A stretch of 64,000 nt of DNA from Carcharhinus longimanus. Its lineage: Eukaryota. A program made the translations under genes and the position numbers. Of the stretch, positions 38,154 to 50,650 are shown piece by piece; the stretch's first letter is position 1; each line of letters starts with the position of its first letter. Under the pieces are notes generated by a model. The model did no database searches. It had not been told where the DNA came from and worked only from the letters and a program-made list of their open reading frames with translations. The stretch spans positions 92,556,898 to 92,620,897 of the forward strand of contig JASCQW010000132.1 of NCBI GenBank assembly GCA_030264375.1, given 5' to 3'.

Positions 38154-38170
38154 AGGGCACCGAAAGGACA
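38154..38170 (+). promoter_or_regulatory. DR5-like RARE (variant first half-site)
   Basis: AGGGCA-CCGAA-AGGACA; spacer and second half-site are typical of Hox DR5 elements. Confidence 0.5.
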
Positions 38171-41100
38171 GCACATTTTTCAGTAGCAATCTATGTTTGG
38201 CTTTTGGGCACAATAGAATTTTGCCTAAGCTTTGCAAATGAGCTTCTGCAAGAAATTCAGAGCAGGGCATACTGTTAGCTTAACGCAGTTTCCTATTTGT
38301 AAACCTGTGCAGCTGCATATTATGTGAGAACGTGATGTATCTTCTTGGGCCTCCTTTCAGCGAATTTAGGGGGTCCTGCAGCATTGTGATTTTCTATTTA
38401 TGAGCAAAGTAACAGATAATTGTTTTGGCGTTCATTAGCACAGTAAAATAACCTGAAAGAGAAAGCACGAATGCTTCTTCATTTGTATATGAACGCGACA
38501 TGTTATAGTGCATTCACTATTAGGGGAATAAATAGACATGCATGTGTAGAATATCGTTATGCACGTGGTAACCTAATGTATTATTTTCATATTACCTAAT
38601 AATCAAGCTGGATATAGCTTTTATAGACTGGCTTTCTATTCCAATTATGTTTGCTGGATCTTACTTGTGGCGATCTAGTTAGCTATTATGGAGTTTCGTA
38701 TGCAATCCTCTGCATTCTAAACATTGCAATGAAGGCTTTTAATCGAAGTGTGAGAGAAATGAATATTCTTATGTGGGTTCCAGGGGTTGTGTCATATTCA
38801 TCTTTTACTTCTTGCATTTGTTTTGCATAATGTCATTTTGGTACTCATTTTTTTGCGAAATTAACTGATCATGAGTAGACAAACATTACAATGCAAGGAA
38901 GGTAATTGTTACTAGATAGCCTACTATGAATTTCTCAGAACAGAAGCTTTGGTTGCAGCATGACCTTGTAGAAATTGAGGACTCTTTTTAAGTCTTCCGG
39001 GAATGGAATCATTAATACTTTTTGCATTTACTTGAATGCAAGATATTGCAGTAAGGAGTTGAAACATTGTGTTGATATCTGTGCATCATTCTATGGTTGG
39101 CACCGGGGAGAAAACACATGAACCCACTAAATAAATCGATTGTGTTTTTTATTACCAGAGATAAATCGTTTCCTAAACAAAGGAAAAGTAATTATCACTT
39201 TAATAATCATGTTACTTTATAACAATAGTGATGGCAATATGAATTACTATATATATGCATTAGTTAACATTGTAATTCTGAGGAAGGGATGGACAAATTG
39301 GAGTTAATCTTTTAAGAAATGTAGACATAGGATCAAAGCACTAAAGTAATTCTTTTTTAAAAATATTTTTTCTGCCTTTTTTGTTATTGCTTCGTCCACT
39401 ACCTGCAATTGTAATATAAGCTTATTAATTTTGCACCTTTTTCCCTAAGAGATGTGTCATTAAAATGACCTGCCTTTGGCATAGAACAAAACAAATATGC
39501 ATGCACCCTCCTCGTTTTTGCCAAAATACGGAACTCGAATCGTGAGTTATTTCATTGCCCCAATAAAGGCTTTTCGTTGTTTAAATCTAAGAAGGAATGC
39601 GTTGAGGAAAAAGCGAGAGATGGGAGAGAGAATTACAAGGAAAATGCATCTGCACACTCTGCAACTCACCAGCAGAGCTCGCTTTAGACCAAGTTCACAG
39701 TCATTTTGTATGAGCATGGACTGGAAGCTCACGCATCCATTGTTCTATCAGTGCAACAGAAAAGGACGGAAATACTAAAATAGATTCAAAAGCTTAATGC
39801 ATTTGTTTTGTTTTTGTATACTATCTATAATTACATCGACTGGCCGATGCAGTAAAAACTTACCCACTTTGGCACATCCAACTAAATAAAAGAGCACTTG
39901 AATAAACAGCTTGCAGACAGTGGAGGTTCATGCCATTTTTGAGTTTAAAGAAAGGTTTCCCTTATGGGGGGGGGGAAGAAACTGAATGGGGTGGGGGCAG
40001 GCGAGAAGGGGGATGGGGACAGTGCCTCCAGCATTCCCAGACCTGAAATTAGCAGTACATCATGAAAATAGTGAACGAAAGGGGATATTATTTCAGTCCT
40101 CAGCAGTGCTTTGAAAAGGGGCTCCCTGTACCGTGGTTGGTAGGGCGGTACAACTGTAGGTCAAAAAGTTGAGGGTCAAAAGTTTACGTTTTGCACGACT
40201 TGTAATCATCTGCACAGACAGAGTTTGATGTCAATGTTATAGCGCGATCTTGACTATCAGCACAAAAGATAAAATAGCTTTGAGTTACTCGTGTATCATA
40301 CTATGGACTCCAGGTGAACCCGAGCGACTGAACGACCTCAATTACTGACGAAAGGAAAGAAAAAAAATATTCTTTTCATGATCGAGACACGTTGTATTTC
40401 ATCTTGAAAAATCGACCACGGTAATTTTTCTATCTGCTGTGCATATGCAGCAGGTAAACTTCCAACAACTGTACCAAAAAAATTGAGACTTTTCCCACAA
40501 AAAAATCGAATTGTTTTATTTCGGTTTGCCCTTTTTCGAGTCGAATGTCGCATTAAGAAAAAAGAGATTCGGATACAGCAGCAGTCCGCCTGTCCAAGTA
40601 CATCAGCTAACAGTGTACACGGTCTGACTCAAGGAAAAGATCTACATCATTTAGGCTTCACAGACATCCCCCCACATTCTGAATCGGTTGGAACAATGTA
40701 GAACCACTGGTACTAATTTAGAATGAAGGGGCATTTCAAAAACACTTATATTTGAACTGAGATCTAGTTTGAATAATCTAATTTGAAATACAGTATATTG
40801 GGACAACTTTGTGTTTCTCCCAGTTCCGTATAAATACCACAAGTATACTCAGAGACTCACGGCGATAGAAAAGCTTGCTTTGAGAAGAAAGTCTCTGGTT
40901 TAAAATGCAGCAATAACATTTATTGAGGTTCTTACTCAAGCCAATGGTTATCTACGCATTCCCCTTCTTTTTTACTGACTGATAAACAGCGATATAAAAA
41001 TCCATCTACACAATAATAGTGCTAACTTTATTCTTAACTGCAAATGCAGTGTTGCAATTTGATATTAGCCGTAACTCCTGGAATGAAAGGTAAACGATTG

Positions 41101-42551
41101 AAGCCCAAGCACAATGGTTTATGAGATTTTAGCATGAAGACAAGGGCACATTCTGTTTGCGGCATCAAATTCTTCAGAGATTATTGCAACCCGGATGTAA
41201 CAGTTGCCACCAAACGTAATCATTTTCTTGTACCTTTTCCGTTTAGTTGCAATCAAAATAAACGTCAAATGCCTTTAAAGATGCTGAATAAGCCATTTGG
41301 GCTTACAGAATTTGTATGTTCTATGACACTATTCTCTATATTACACACATTGCGAGGGACAAGATGCAAATATCTTATATAGCTATTCCATGGGGCAACA
41401 GTATTATTCTTCCACTCTGTAGAACTGGAAAATCCGTGCCTTCGAAAGCAAAATAATTAGCATACAGGTAATAGGTCAATAAATAAAATATATACAAAGA
41501 TAAACGAAACTAATGTTAGTTACTAAATATACATCATACACTAAAAATTAAGGAAAGACAAATTATTTAATATCTGACGCTGTATTAAATGCATTAGTTA
41601 ATCGCCGAAGAAGCCATCTTTAGTCTGACTTCCATTTGACACTTTTCAAAAAAGAAAATCAGATTCTACTTGAAATGGGCAATATTGCTTTAAAATACAG
41701 ACTGTAGGACCTGTGTGTCTATGGATAGATAGGAAGAGAGACATGATAGGGACATAGACGGAGGGTTAGAAAGGTCGTGGATTTAGATGAAAGAGGAATA
41801 GAGCATTTGTAGTAGCGGAGATAAAGAGAAAAACGTATCCATTGCAAATAATCTGACTCCTTTTTCTCCTGAGAAAGATGGAAAACGTACTCCAAACGAA
41901 TAATTTCGTTTTGTTAATTTGACACTTGTTACTAGAATAGTTTGCAAAACATTAAAACATATCCCTAAGCGGTAATATAATTGGTTAGGGTCGCTAGATT
42001 GCTGAAATTTTTAAAGTTGTCACAGTTTTAAAACAGAAAATTCCACATTAAAGCCATGTTCCACATTAAAACATATTTTTAATGATTCGATTTTTTTGAC
42101 AAACAGAACATCAGCCTGTGTAAGTTTGTGAACCCAGAGCACACGGACGGAGGCACCAATGAGAAGAATTTGAAATGAAATGCAGATGTATTGGTAAAAC
42201 AAGGCCGTCCTTTGTGTAACTTTTTTTGCAAGTGAAATTAATTTTAAATTCCAAAAGCAAATTGTCTAATCACGACAGTCGTTAAATTTTGTTGAATATG
42301 CCTCCAATTAAGCTTTACGCGACTTATGAAACCAAACATTGCAAATCTATTGATTTTATTCCAAACCCTCACTATCTTATTTACAAACATTTAAAAACGG
42401 TTACCGAGTGGGCTATTGAAACACTCAGAACTGCTTAGCACCCACGCATTTTGCTCAGTTTCCCCCTCCACAAAGGTAATGACCTGGGCAAAACACCCTG
42501 GTATTTGAAAGAGCACTATAGGCCTTTTAGAAATGGCTAAGTCCAAGGCCG

Positions 42552-42568
42552 AGGTGAAATTCAGGTCA
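42552..42568 (+). promoter_or_regulatory. HoxA4 5' DR5 RARE
   Basis: AGGTGA-AATTC-AGGTCA, 3.0 kb upstream of the HoxA4 ATG. Matches the established group-4 5' RARE type (AGGTGA n5 AGGTCA). Confidence 0.85.
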
Positions 42569-45424
42569 CCGCGTCTAACAAATATGAAAATGTCGCCTCA
42601 CGAATGGCACGCCTTGTTACTTAACAAAGACTGTCAATGTATAAGATTAATAAGAAATAAAATGCACACGGTGTCACTTTTCGGTCACTTCCAAACTTAG
42701 CTTAGCGTATCCCTTACGAAATCTCGTTTCATTGAATAAAATCTTTTGTTTTGTTTCCCGTGTTGAAGTCCAATAAACGCACAGTTGTGCAGCTCTGTGG
42801 GATGTGGTGCAAGCCTGCTCGAAGATGTATCTTCGAAATGTGCCATTTTATTTGTTTTATTTTGTTTGTGAGCTGGACACCGGCTGTTTCAGCCATATGC
42901 CCCAGATAGAATTGGAAACAATCAGATTTTCATCATGGTACAATCTATCTGATAAATCCTGACCCGTGCTGATGGACTCAGTCGGTAAATGAAGAAATTA
43001 TGACACTCCTCATCATCTAAACTACTGATTTGCTGTTCGGAGGAGAATTTAAACTGGTAACGTCTAATTTCTGATTTATTAAATCGCGAAACAACCCCCC
43101 CCCCACCCATGCACATAACTTGACTAATCTTTTTTATGTAAAACCGATTTCCTCATCTCGACACTCTCTAAAGTATAAATTTGATATAAACTCTTAAAAC
43201 ATACACGTTTTGCAAATGTCGTAAAACGCGTTAACTTTGCCTTTCGCTTTAAAATGGCTGTAAATCTACCCTTGCAGTAAAAATGTCAAATGTACACGCA
43301 GGCGAGGTAACACTTGGGGGTCCTGGCTCCATCGCTGTTTATTATGAAAAAAACTGCAGAGGCGAATGACCTGCATTTGCTGGTCAAGTAATGCCTTGTG
43401 TTTATGCGATAAGAACCTTTATTTTGCATTTTTCTACAAAGCGCTTAAATACACAAATTGGCCCAGCTAATTATTCGACTGCGCTGTGTACAGGCAAGTT
43501 ACGTAGTCAGAGGAAAGAAGATGCACCCCATGCCTGTCAAAGAGAGAGAAAAGCACATTTTGGGAGTTAAATGTCATGGGGAGGCTTTTCTAAGCAAAAA
43601 TAAAGTTTTTAGCAAAATCATTTGGATCCGTTTACATTATAAGACTTTCGCAGCTTTTAAAATTATATAATGAATGATCTAAATATAAACATTTACACAA
43701 GATGTCCTTGGTGAATACAATAAAATTGTGCAAAATATAAGCACTGTTTCCATGCAGATTTTCCCTTTGTATAGTGAGTGGTGGAAACAAACATCTGTTA
43801 ATTACACTGGAAGTCAATTAATTTTGCTGTTCGATACTTAGTTGAAAGCATTCTAATGGACGATTATTCTGCGCATTAAAGCAGGGTAGTTGGTAAATGC
43901 ACCCCAGAAACAGTGTGCTGTGATTGTTGAAGAAGGTTCAGTCTGATTAAATGTTGGCTTGCGTGCCCGGATACAGTATATCGTTCAAACATTAAAACAT
44001 TATGATGCATTCTTGATTGACAAGAACTCATGTTGTGAATCGATTATATTTCAGGGAAGAAGGCGTATTGCATATGGCTACTTTGAAAAAAATAATGTGC
44101 AGTGCACCCAAATTGTCACTTTTCTATTTGGTAAATTTCATTCTGCGGGCCATTTGGTGTGGATAAGAATTCAAATCTAAAATATTATACAATTTTAATC
44201 ACATTAAGTTATATGACCAGCCAATTAGCTTGCGATTTTTTTACGGCAGGTTATTTTTACTTCTTCTAAAAGGAGTCAACATTAGAAGGCTTTATCAATT
44301 ATTGCTGGTATGTTTTGAGTTTCTGAAACGGATTACGTTTCTTGATATAACAAATCATACTGTATGCAGATTTAATTGTGTGATTGTAGTAGGGCACCTG
44401 AAATAGAATTGACGCATTTAACATTCAGTTATTGGGTATGTTTGAAAGGAGCGGTTTGTTCAAAATTCAAATAAACAATCAACAAAACATTTGTCCAATG
44501 CTTTGGAATAGAGTTCTATGCAAATGAATCGTTTCACTGAATAGTTGTGATTTGTTCATTTTTAAAAGATAATATAATTAGTATCTACTTTTATTGGGTA
44601 TCTCGACTAACAAAATGTTCGTTTCCATCGTTTTACTTTATGAAGGTCAATTAAAGCAGATCTGGAAAAAAATCTAATAGTAGAGTATTTCATTAGATAA
44701 GTCACATTACAATCGAACAATTAAATGATAGCATTTTTAAAGAAGATTTATTACGCCAACAGTCTCAATTGATTACATAACGTTTAAGTACATTTGCAGT
44801 ATATGGACAAAATTCTTTACTGTTGCCTGAGTTATTTAACACTTCGACCTGTACTTTGAATGTGCATTAAGTTCTTCAAACAGTTTTTCGGTCTGATCTA
44901 GGATTTTAAATTACTCGTGTTTTGACAACCAAAGCAGGTATTTTCGCAATTTTGTGGGAATTCTTCTTGTAAACGATGCATCTTGGAATGCCTTTGACAG
45001 CAACCCTGCAGTAGAAAGGACAAGCGAGTGCGTTGAACTCTCGTAATTATTTTCCCAATTGTTTAATCCAAACCGCACCTCCCCCCCCCACCACGAAAGC
45101 ACTGAACCATGTTATGTTGTACAGAAACATTTTTAGAAAAGGGTAAACTATTTCAGACGATAGCAGATCTCTATTTAATACTGTCTTGTGATGTTTTCTC
45201 CGTCAACATGCATTTGCAAATATTTGCATTCGATAAAACATCATAATATCATTACCCATTTTAGATTATTTTAAAATGAGTGTCTTCCTGGTTGTTTGAA
45301 TTTTCCTTTTCTATGCTACAACATAATTTCAGGGGAAACGAGATTTTGAATGATAATATGGAATTTTTGACTGGAGTCCATGCATTCATCATTGGTGTAT
45401 TTCCTTATCCGGGGCCCACAGCCA

Positions 45425-45551
45425 CTCACCCCATTGGCTGCTTGCATCACATGAACAGCTAACTTTATACACTTGACCGCAAGTAGGAGGGTTTTATGGA
45501 ACAGAAAAACGACAACGCGAGAAAAATTAGTATTTTGCACTTCAGAAATTA
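45425..45551 (+). promoter_or_regulatory. HoxA4 promoter / conserved leader
   Basis: ATTGG 45433 and CACATG 45448, then AGTAGGAGGG..CAGAAAAACGAC..CAGAAATTAATG, typical of group-4 leaders. Confidence 0.8.
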
Positions 45552-45969
45552 ATGACCATGAGTTCGTTTTTGATAAACTCCAACTACGTTGAGCCAAAAT
45601 TTCCACCTTGTGAGGAATATTCTCAAAATAACTACATACCAAGCCAATCTCCTGAATACTACGAGCGGCCGCGGGACCCTGGATTCCATCATGAGGCACT
45701 ATACCCACAATCAAACTACCCAGAGCCGACCTACAGCTTCAACAATGTCCAAGGCACTGGCAACCAAGACATGTCGCAAAGGGGTCATGTGCAGTCGCAG
45801 GCTAGCCTCCAAAATCACATACCGAGACAGAATCAGCTTTGTGAAGTGGTCCCAATAGCCACACCAGCTTTGTGTAGCCAGAATGCGAAAACCCCCACTG
45901 CCCAGAAAGGTACTCTCAGCAAAGAGCCCATAGTTTACCCGTGGATGAAGAAAATTCACGTTACTACCG
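45552..45969 (+). CDS. hoxa4: HoxA4 exon 1
   Basis: MTMSSFLINSNYVEPKFPPCEEYSQ...KEPIVYPWMKKIHV; donor G|GTAAGT at 45969/45970. Confidence 0.97.
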
Positions 45970-46063
45970 GTAAGTAACTAAAGCTAACTGAAACAATTAA
46001 AATTCAATTGAAATCGGATGTGCGGAATCCTTTCTGTAACTAGCCCTTTCATGAGATTTACGA

Positions 46064-46112
46064 TCACCTAACTGTTAGGTCGGTAATTACAGCGCCCATA
46101 AATTTCATTGCC
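46064..46112 (+). promoter_or_regulatory. HB1 element in the HoxA4 intron
   Basis: GGTAATTACAGCGCCCATAAATTTCATTGCC matches the TAATTA..CCATAAA..TT(T)ATTG arrangement of group-4 intronic HB1 elements. Confidence 0.7.
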
Positions 46113-46317
46113 CTGGATCTTGCTCCTGGCCATGTGTCTTTGATGCTTTTCTAACCTAAATACCCAGAGCCATTTTATTGCAGTAGATTGTTCGCCGTTG
46201 TCAGAACACTTTGAGAAAAGTCTTGTCTTTTAGAACCTTCATTCACGTGCATCTAATCCCATTGTCAGATTCGTGGCTGTATCTGTATTTATGTTTGGTT
46301 ACTTTTGTTTTGTTCAG

Positions 46318-46643
46318 TGAACCCAAATTACACTGGAGGAGAGCCCAAACGGTCTCGAACTGCTTACACGAGACAACAAGTCTTAGAGCTGGAGAAGGAG
46401 TTCCATTTTAACCGTTACCTAACCAGGCGTCGACGCATTGAGATTGCACACACTCTTTGCCTGTCTGAACGCCAGGTGAAGATCTGGTTTCAGAACAGAA
46501 GGATGAAATGGAAGAAAGATCATAAACTGCCTAACACTAAGATGCGTTCTGCTAGCTCATCATCTTCTACAAGCCAGCAAACACAAGTATCCTCCCAGGG
46601 CCCACAGCCAGATGGTTCAGCACCAAATTCATCAAGCCTATAG
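46318..46643 (+). CDS. hoxa4: HoxA4 exon 2 (homeodomain); spliced protein 247 aa
   Basis: TTTTGTTCAG| at 46317. [32 protein letters not shown]...[14 protein letters not shown]. Confidence 0.97.
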
Positions 46644-49245
46644 CTGCTTCGACTCTCCAACCCCTCTCCCACAACATAGTTTGGACCAAAATGTGTCTGC
46701 CACATAACTGACTTGAATGTGGAGGGATTTTTTGCAGTGAGAATTTTTTTCCAGGGTGGATGCTGTTAACCCCAAAAAGGGCAAGCATTTATGTTGTGTT
46801 AACCCATTCTCTGCAGACCTTCAAAGTGTTTTCTGTTTGATTGGGTGCATTCTGTATCCTTCATTACCTCCACATGAACTGATGCTAGGTTCTGTCAAAG
46901 TGGCTTCTTCCATGATATTCAAAGAAAAGAGATAAAAACGGACACTGAATAATAGATATTGTGAGGAAATGTAAGCGTCATAATCACAACTAGTGTAGTC
47001 TGTTGGAATATTTGTGAGAATTTAAGAATAAATCTGTTTTAGAATATGAGAAAGGCAGCAATATGTGTGGATGTGGAAATGGTTTTAGAGCAAATAAACT
47101 GTCCCAGATGCTACATATATAGGAAATAAATTATGTCGCAAGCGTTATTTAAGGTGTTTTTATTTTAAACCTGTATCCTCTATATAGTCGTGTTACTGAT
47201 ATCAGTATAACGAATGTGCAAGGATCTTATCCAGAGATTTCAAACGAGTGGTTGTATATTTAACAATTTTGGTACAGTCCAAACTGTGACGAAACCGTAC
47301 AAATCATTGGTAAGATTTGTGTATTTTTCTGTGGATATTTCAGTGTGCTATGTGCAGTGCCAAATGTTGCTAAAACGAAAGACATAAACGACAGTGTAAA
47401 AATGAAAGCCCTGGGCTTTAAATAAAATGTTAATTCGTGGACCATCTCAGTTCTTATGTGTACAATTTACTTCAGTCAGGATTTAGCGAACACATGGCGA
47501 ATTACTTTTTCGACTCAAAAACGTGGCTATGCATTCAATTGACCGGTTTTGAATAAATTCACATCCTTACTTTCAAACTAAAGCAATTTAACCTCCTCCC
47601 CCCCACCGCCCATCAACCGCTCCCCCCACCCCCATCCCCATCTCGACCCCCACACTGCAAAATATCTGGTGGTTCTGAAGAATAACTGAGCGAAAGAGGT
47701 TAAATTACTGCATGGATCTACAATTCATCTTTCTACAGCCTTTCCACATCAAGTTCTACGTCACCGAGTCGTAAATAATGCAGTAAAATGTGAGGCGATC
47801 AAATAATAAGTCATCTATAAGGTGGCGAACACGGCCTTCTGTGGCCCTAGACGCTATTATTCCGGTCCTGGAATAAAGTGTAACCATGTGGGATTATTTT
47901 TAATTTGCATCCTGTTGTGCTGTCTCGTACTTTACATTATTTAACGTGGTTACGACATTCCAAATATAAAAAAAAATTGTTTATTTTATTATTTGTAATA
48001 TATGGCCAATAAAATATAAACTGCAGGACTAAATATTCAAATATATTGCTGTGACTTCATTTTGTTAATCTTGGGGAATGGGCGCTAAACAATTAAATAG
48101 TTACTTCATTGAACATAAAATTGTAGCTAGTGACTTCTGGCATTGTAGGCGATGATAATTTTAGTATGCTCCATGTTATTGATTGATTGAAGACAGCACA
48201 AACATCAGGCTTTCTGAAAAAAATAGTGGACATTGGAGGCTTCATTGTATCGCAAACAACACTTCTTTATAAACATCTTAGTGATTTTGATACATCTGTA
48301 TGTCCGAGCAACCATTTAAAGCTCACAGCATGAAAATTCGTTTATTTAAATATGCGGCTTTTCTTCTCCTCTTCAAATTGTACATATACTAGGTATAAAC
48401 ACTACCAAGGCACAGAACGCATCACGTTAGTGATGGGCAAAATACATGTATGTTGTCCCTCTTAAAACTTGTTTAGAACTGAAATACCCTGGCATTATGT
48501 AAAATTACGCACAAATACTATTGTCCGAATTTTCGATACGGATTATACTGAAATTTCACATTTAGCTCCTTGAAAGAAAAAAAACCCCTGCTCGCTGCTG
48601 TAGAAATATTTTGTTCTTTTCTTACAATTAGCAAACAACAACTGCTAGCATGATCAGCATAGACATTCGTAAATACGTTTTGGATAACGATTTAGGATGA
48701 CTGGAAAGACAAAGAATCGGACGATGAGAAAATTCGCCCCCATTAGTCAGTCGTGCTTGCTTATCTGTAAGAGGAATTTTAAACAGATTGAAAATACCAG
48801 ATTTTGCTCGGAATCATTAATCACCTCATTCAATAAATACTTCTTTGTATACTTCAACAGCAAGTCTGAAGGGCGCTCTTTTGGAAAAGTGTGTGGACAC
48901 ATTGGATTCTCTTGAATAAAATGTGACCATCTCGACGAGCACCATGTTTTTCCCCCCTTGGAACAATCCTGGAGTTGCTTGCTGGCATTTTTTATTACCA
49001 CAGAAAATTATAAGCACATATAGTCAAAGGGAAAAGGTAATTTATTTTATTCCAAGTCAGTTTTGAAAAGGAAAAGTTTATTAAAACTTATCCCTCAGAT
49101 GACCAAACTTTAGGCGCCTTTAGCAAATGAAAACCCGCTTGCATCTTTATTTTCTTTCTCTTTGATGTTTTTGGTTTATTGTAAATCGAACGGTCTTTTG
49201 TAATAAAAAGTTGCATTGTTTGTCAACGGCTGGGCAACCAGAGCG

Positions 49246-49262
49246 AGTTCACCAAGAGGACA
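49246..49262 (+). promoter_or_regulatory. HoxA4 3' DR5 RARE
   Basis: AGTTCA-CCAAG-AGGACA, 2.6 kb downstream of the HoxA4 stop. Same type as the known group-4 3' neural-enhancer RAREs. Confidence 0.8.
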
Positions 49263-50529
49263 GATTTTCTGACCGATTAGCCGCTTTTAGCGATGCAGTC
49301 TGACCCCTCAAACCCTTGACCTTTAAAAAGATGGACAGTGCTCTTTCCACTATTTCCTATGCCTGCAGATAGGGGTTAAAAATGTAGCTTGTTATAAAAA
49401 AACCTACAAAAAGTCCCAAATAACTTGTTATTTAAAAAATCTATTTAAATATGCAGCGATACAAAGAGCAAAGTTTATATATTTCTGTGTGTGGGTCTGT
49501 GTATATATGTACATATATATTATGTGTGTGCACATACAGTGTCGTTTGCTGTGTGGGACGTGCTTGTGAAAGGAGTGTTTGATGATAATTTATACCCAAG
49601 TTGCAAAACACAACCCTTGTGCGTTGTGAGAAACAATGCTTATTTTAAATTGTTTGGTTAATAACATTTTTGTAGTTAAAAGTTGTCATAATTTAAAAGA
49701 ATAGGTCTAATCCCTCACTTGTTACAGTGAGATGATTCTCCTAGAAAGGAGTCTTCATTGTTCTGATTATTGAATAGAGGAATAACCAATATATTTTCTA
49801 TCAAATACAAATTTGCTTTCCATGAACTATATCTGCACTAATAGCTCTTTGAGGCCAGTATTCTGAAAATTCATAAGTAATTAATTTAATAAAATGCAGC
49901 ATTTCTTTTGTTTACGCATGTGAAAATGTATGACTTAATTAAAATCAAAACACGACAGTGTGAGTTTAAAGCGCATCTAAAGCAGTGAGAGATTGTCACC
50001 AATCATAAAAACTCATTGTGTAAATTTTAATCAACTATTTCTACAACGCAATATTCGTTATTGCCCTTAAAAAGACCAGTCTATGCACCACCGTAATTAT
50101 GGGCTTCCACTTGCCAGGCACAATGCAAAATCTAATCCACATTTGAGTGGTATAATAAAATATCGACTGTGGCTAGTGAGGGTCGATTTGGTGTCAAATT
50201 TAACAGCCTTGGGGGGGATGTAAAGTCATATATGAAAGAGTTAGTCTTACATGTGACTGTTATATATGCGGGTTACTGTAACACTAAGCTTCAATATCAA
50301 ACTGTCAGGCGGACAATAAAGACAGCTTGAAGAAATGCCCAAGAATATTGGACTGAGGCTGTTCGAACTATAGGTGACACAAATGGCAGACCTGTCAAAT
50401 CTGGGATCAAGGCAGGCCAGTCATTTTTGCATTATCACTTACCAGTAAGCATCCAAAGACTAAAAGAAAACCAGGACAATAAAGATTCAACTAAGAAGGG
50501 GAGCAAAAAGGGGAAAAAAAACTCCACAC

Positions 50530-50650
50530 TCCAAGATAAAGGGTCACGCGTCTCCTCTGTGTATGTATTGAAATTTTAATCTCCCCAGTCACGTGACTCA
50601 TTAAATAATTAATGCAGCCGGTCCGGAATAGATATGTAGTCGTCAGTATT
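50530..50650 (+). promoter_or_regulatory. Conserved promoter-like element, probable distal HoxA3 promoter
   Basis: 12-bp palindrome AGTCACGTGACT (50587-50598) overlapping TGACTCA, then ATTAAATAATTAATGCAG. A splice donor TG|GTGAGT follows at 50762. Confidence 0.6.

Noticed and set aside
38476-38540. TCTTC..TGTATAT and TAGGGGAATA resembling miR-10 precursor flanks / 3' arm
   Set aside because: Only a 10-nt exact match, with no mature sequence between the pieces and no hairpin. Likely chance.
45215-45228. Palindrome TGCAAATATTTGCA with an octamer upstream of HoxA4
   Set aside because: Could be a POU site, but AT-rich palindromes of this size arise by chance and there is no supporting evidence.
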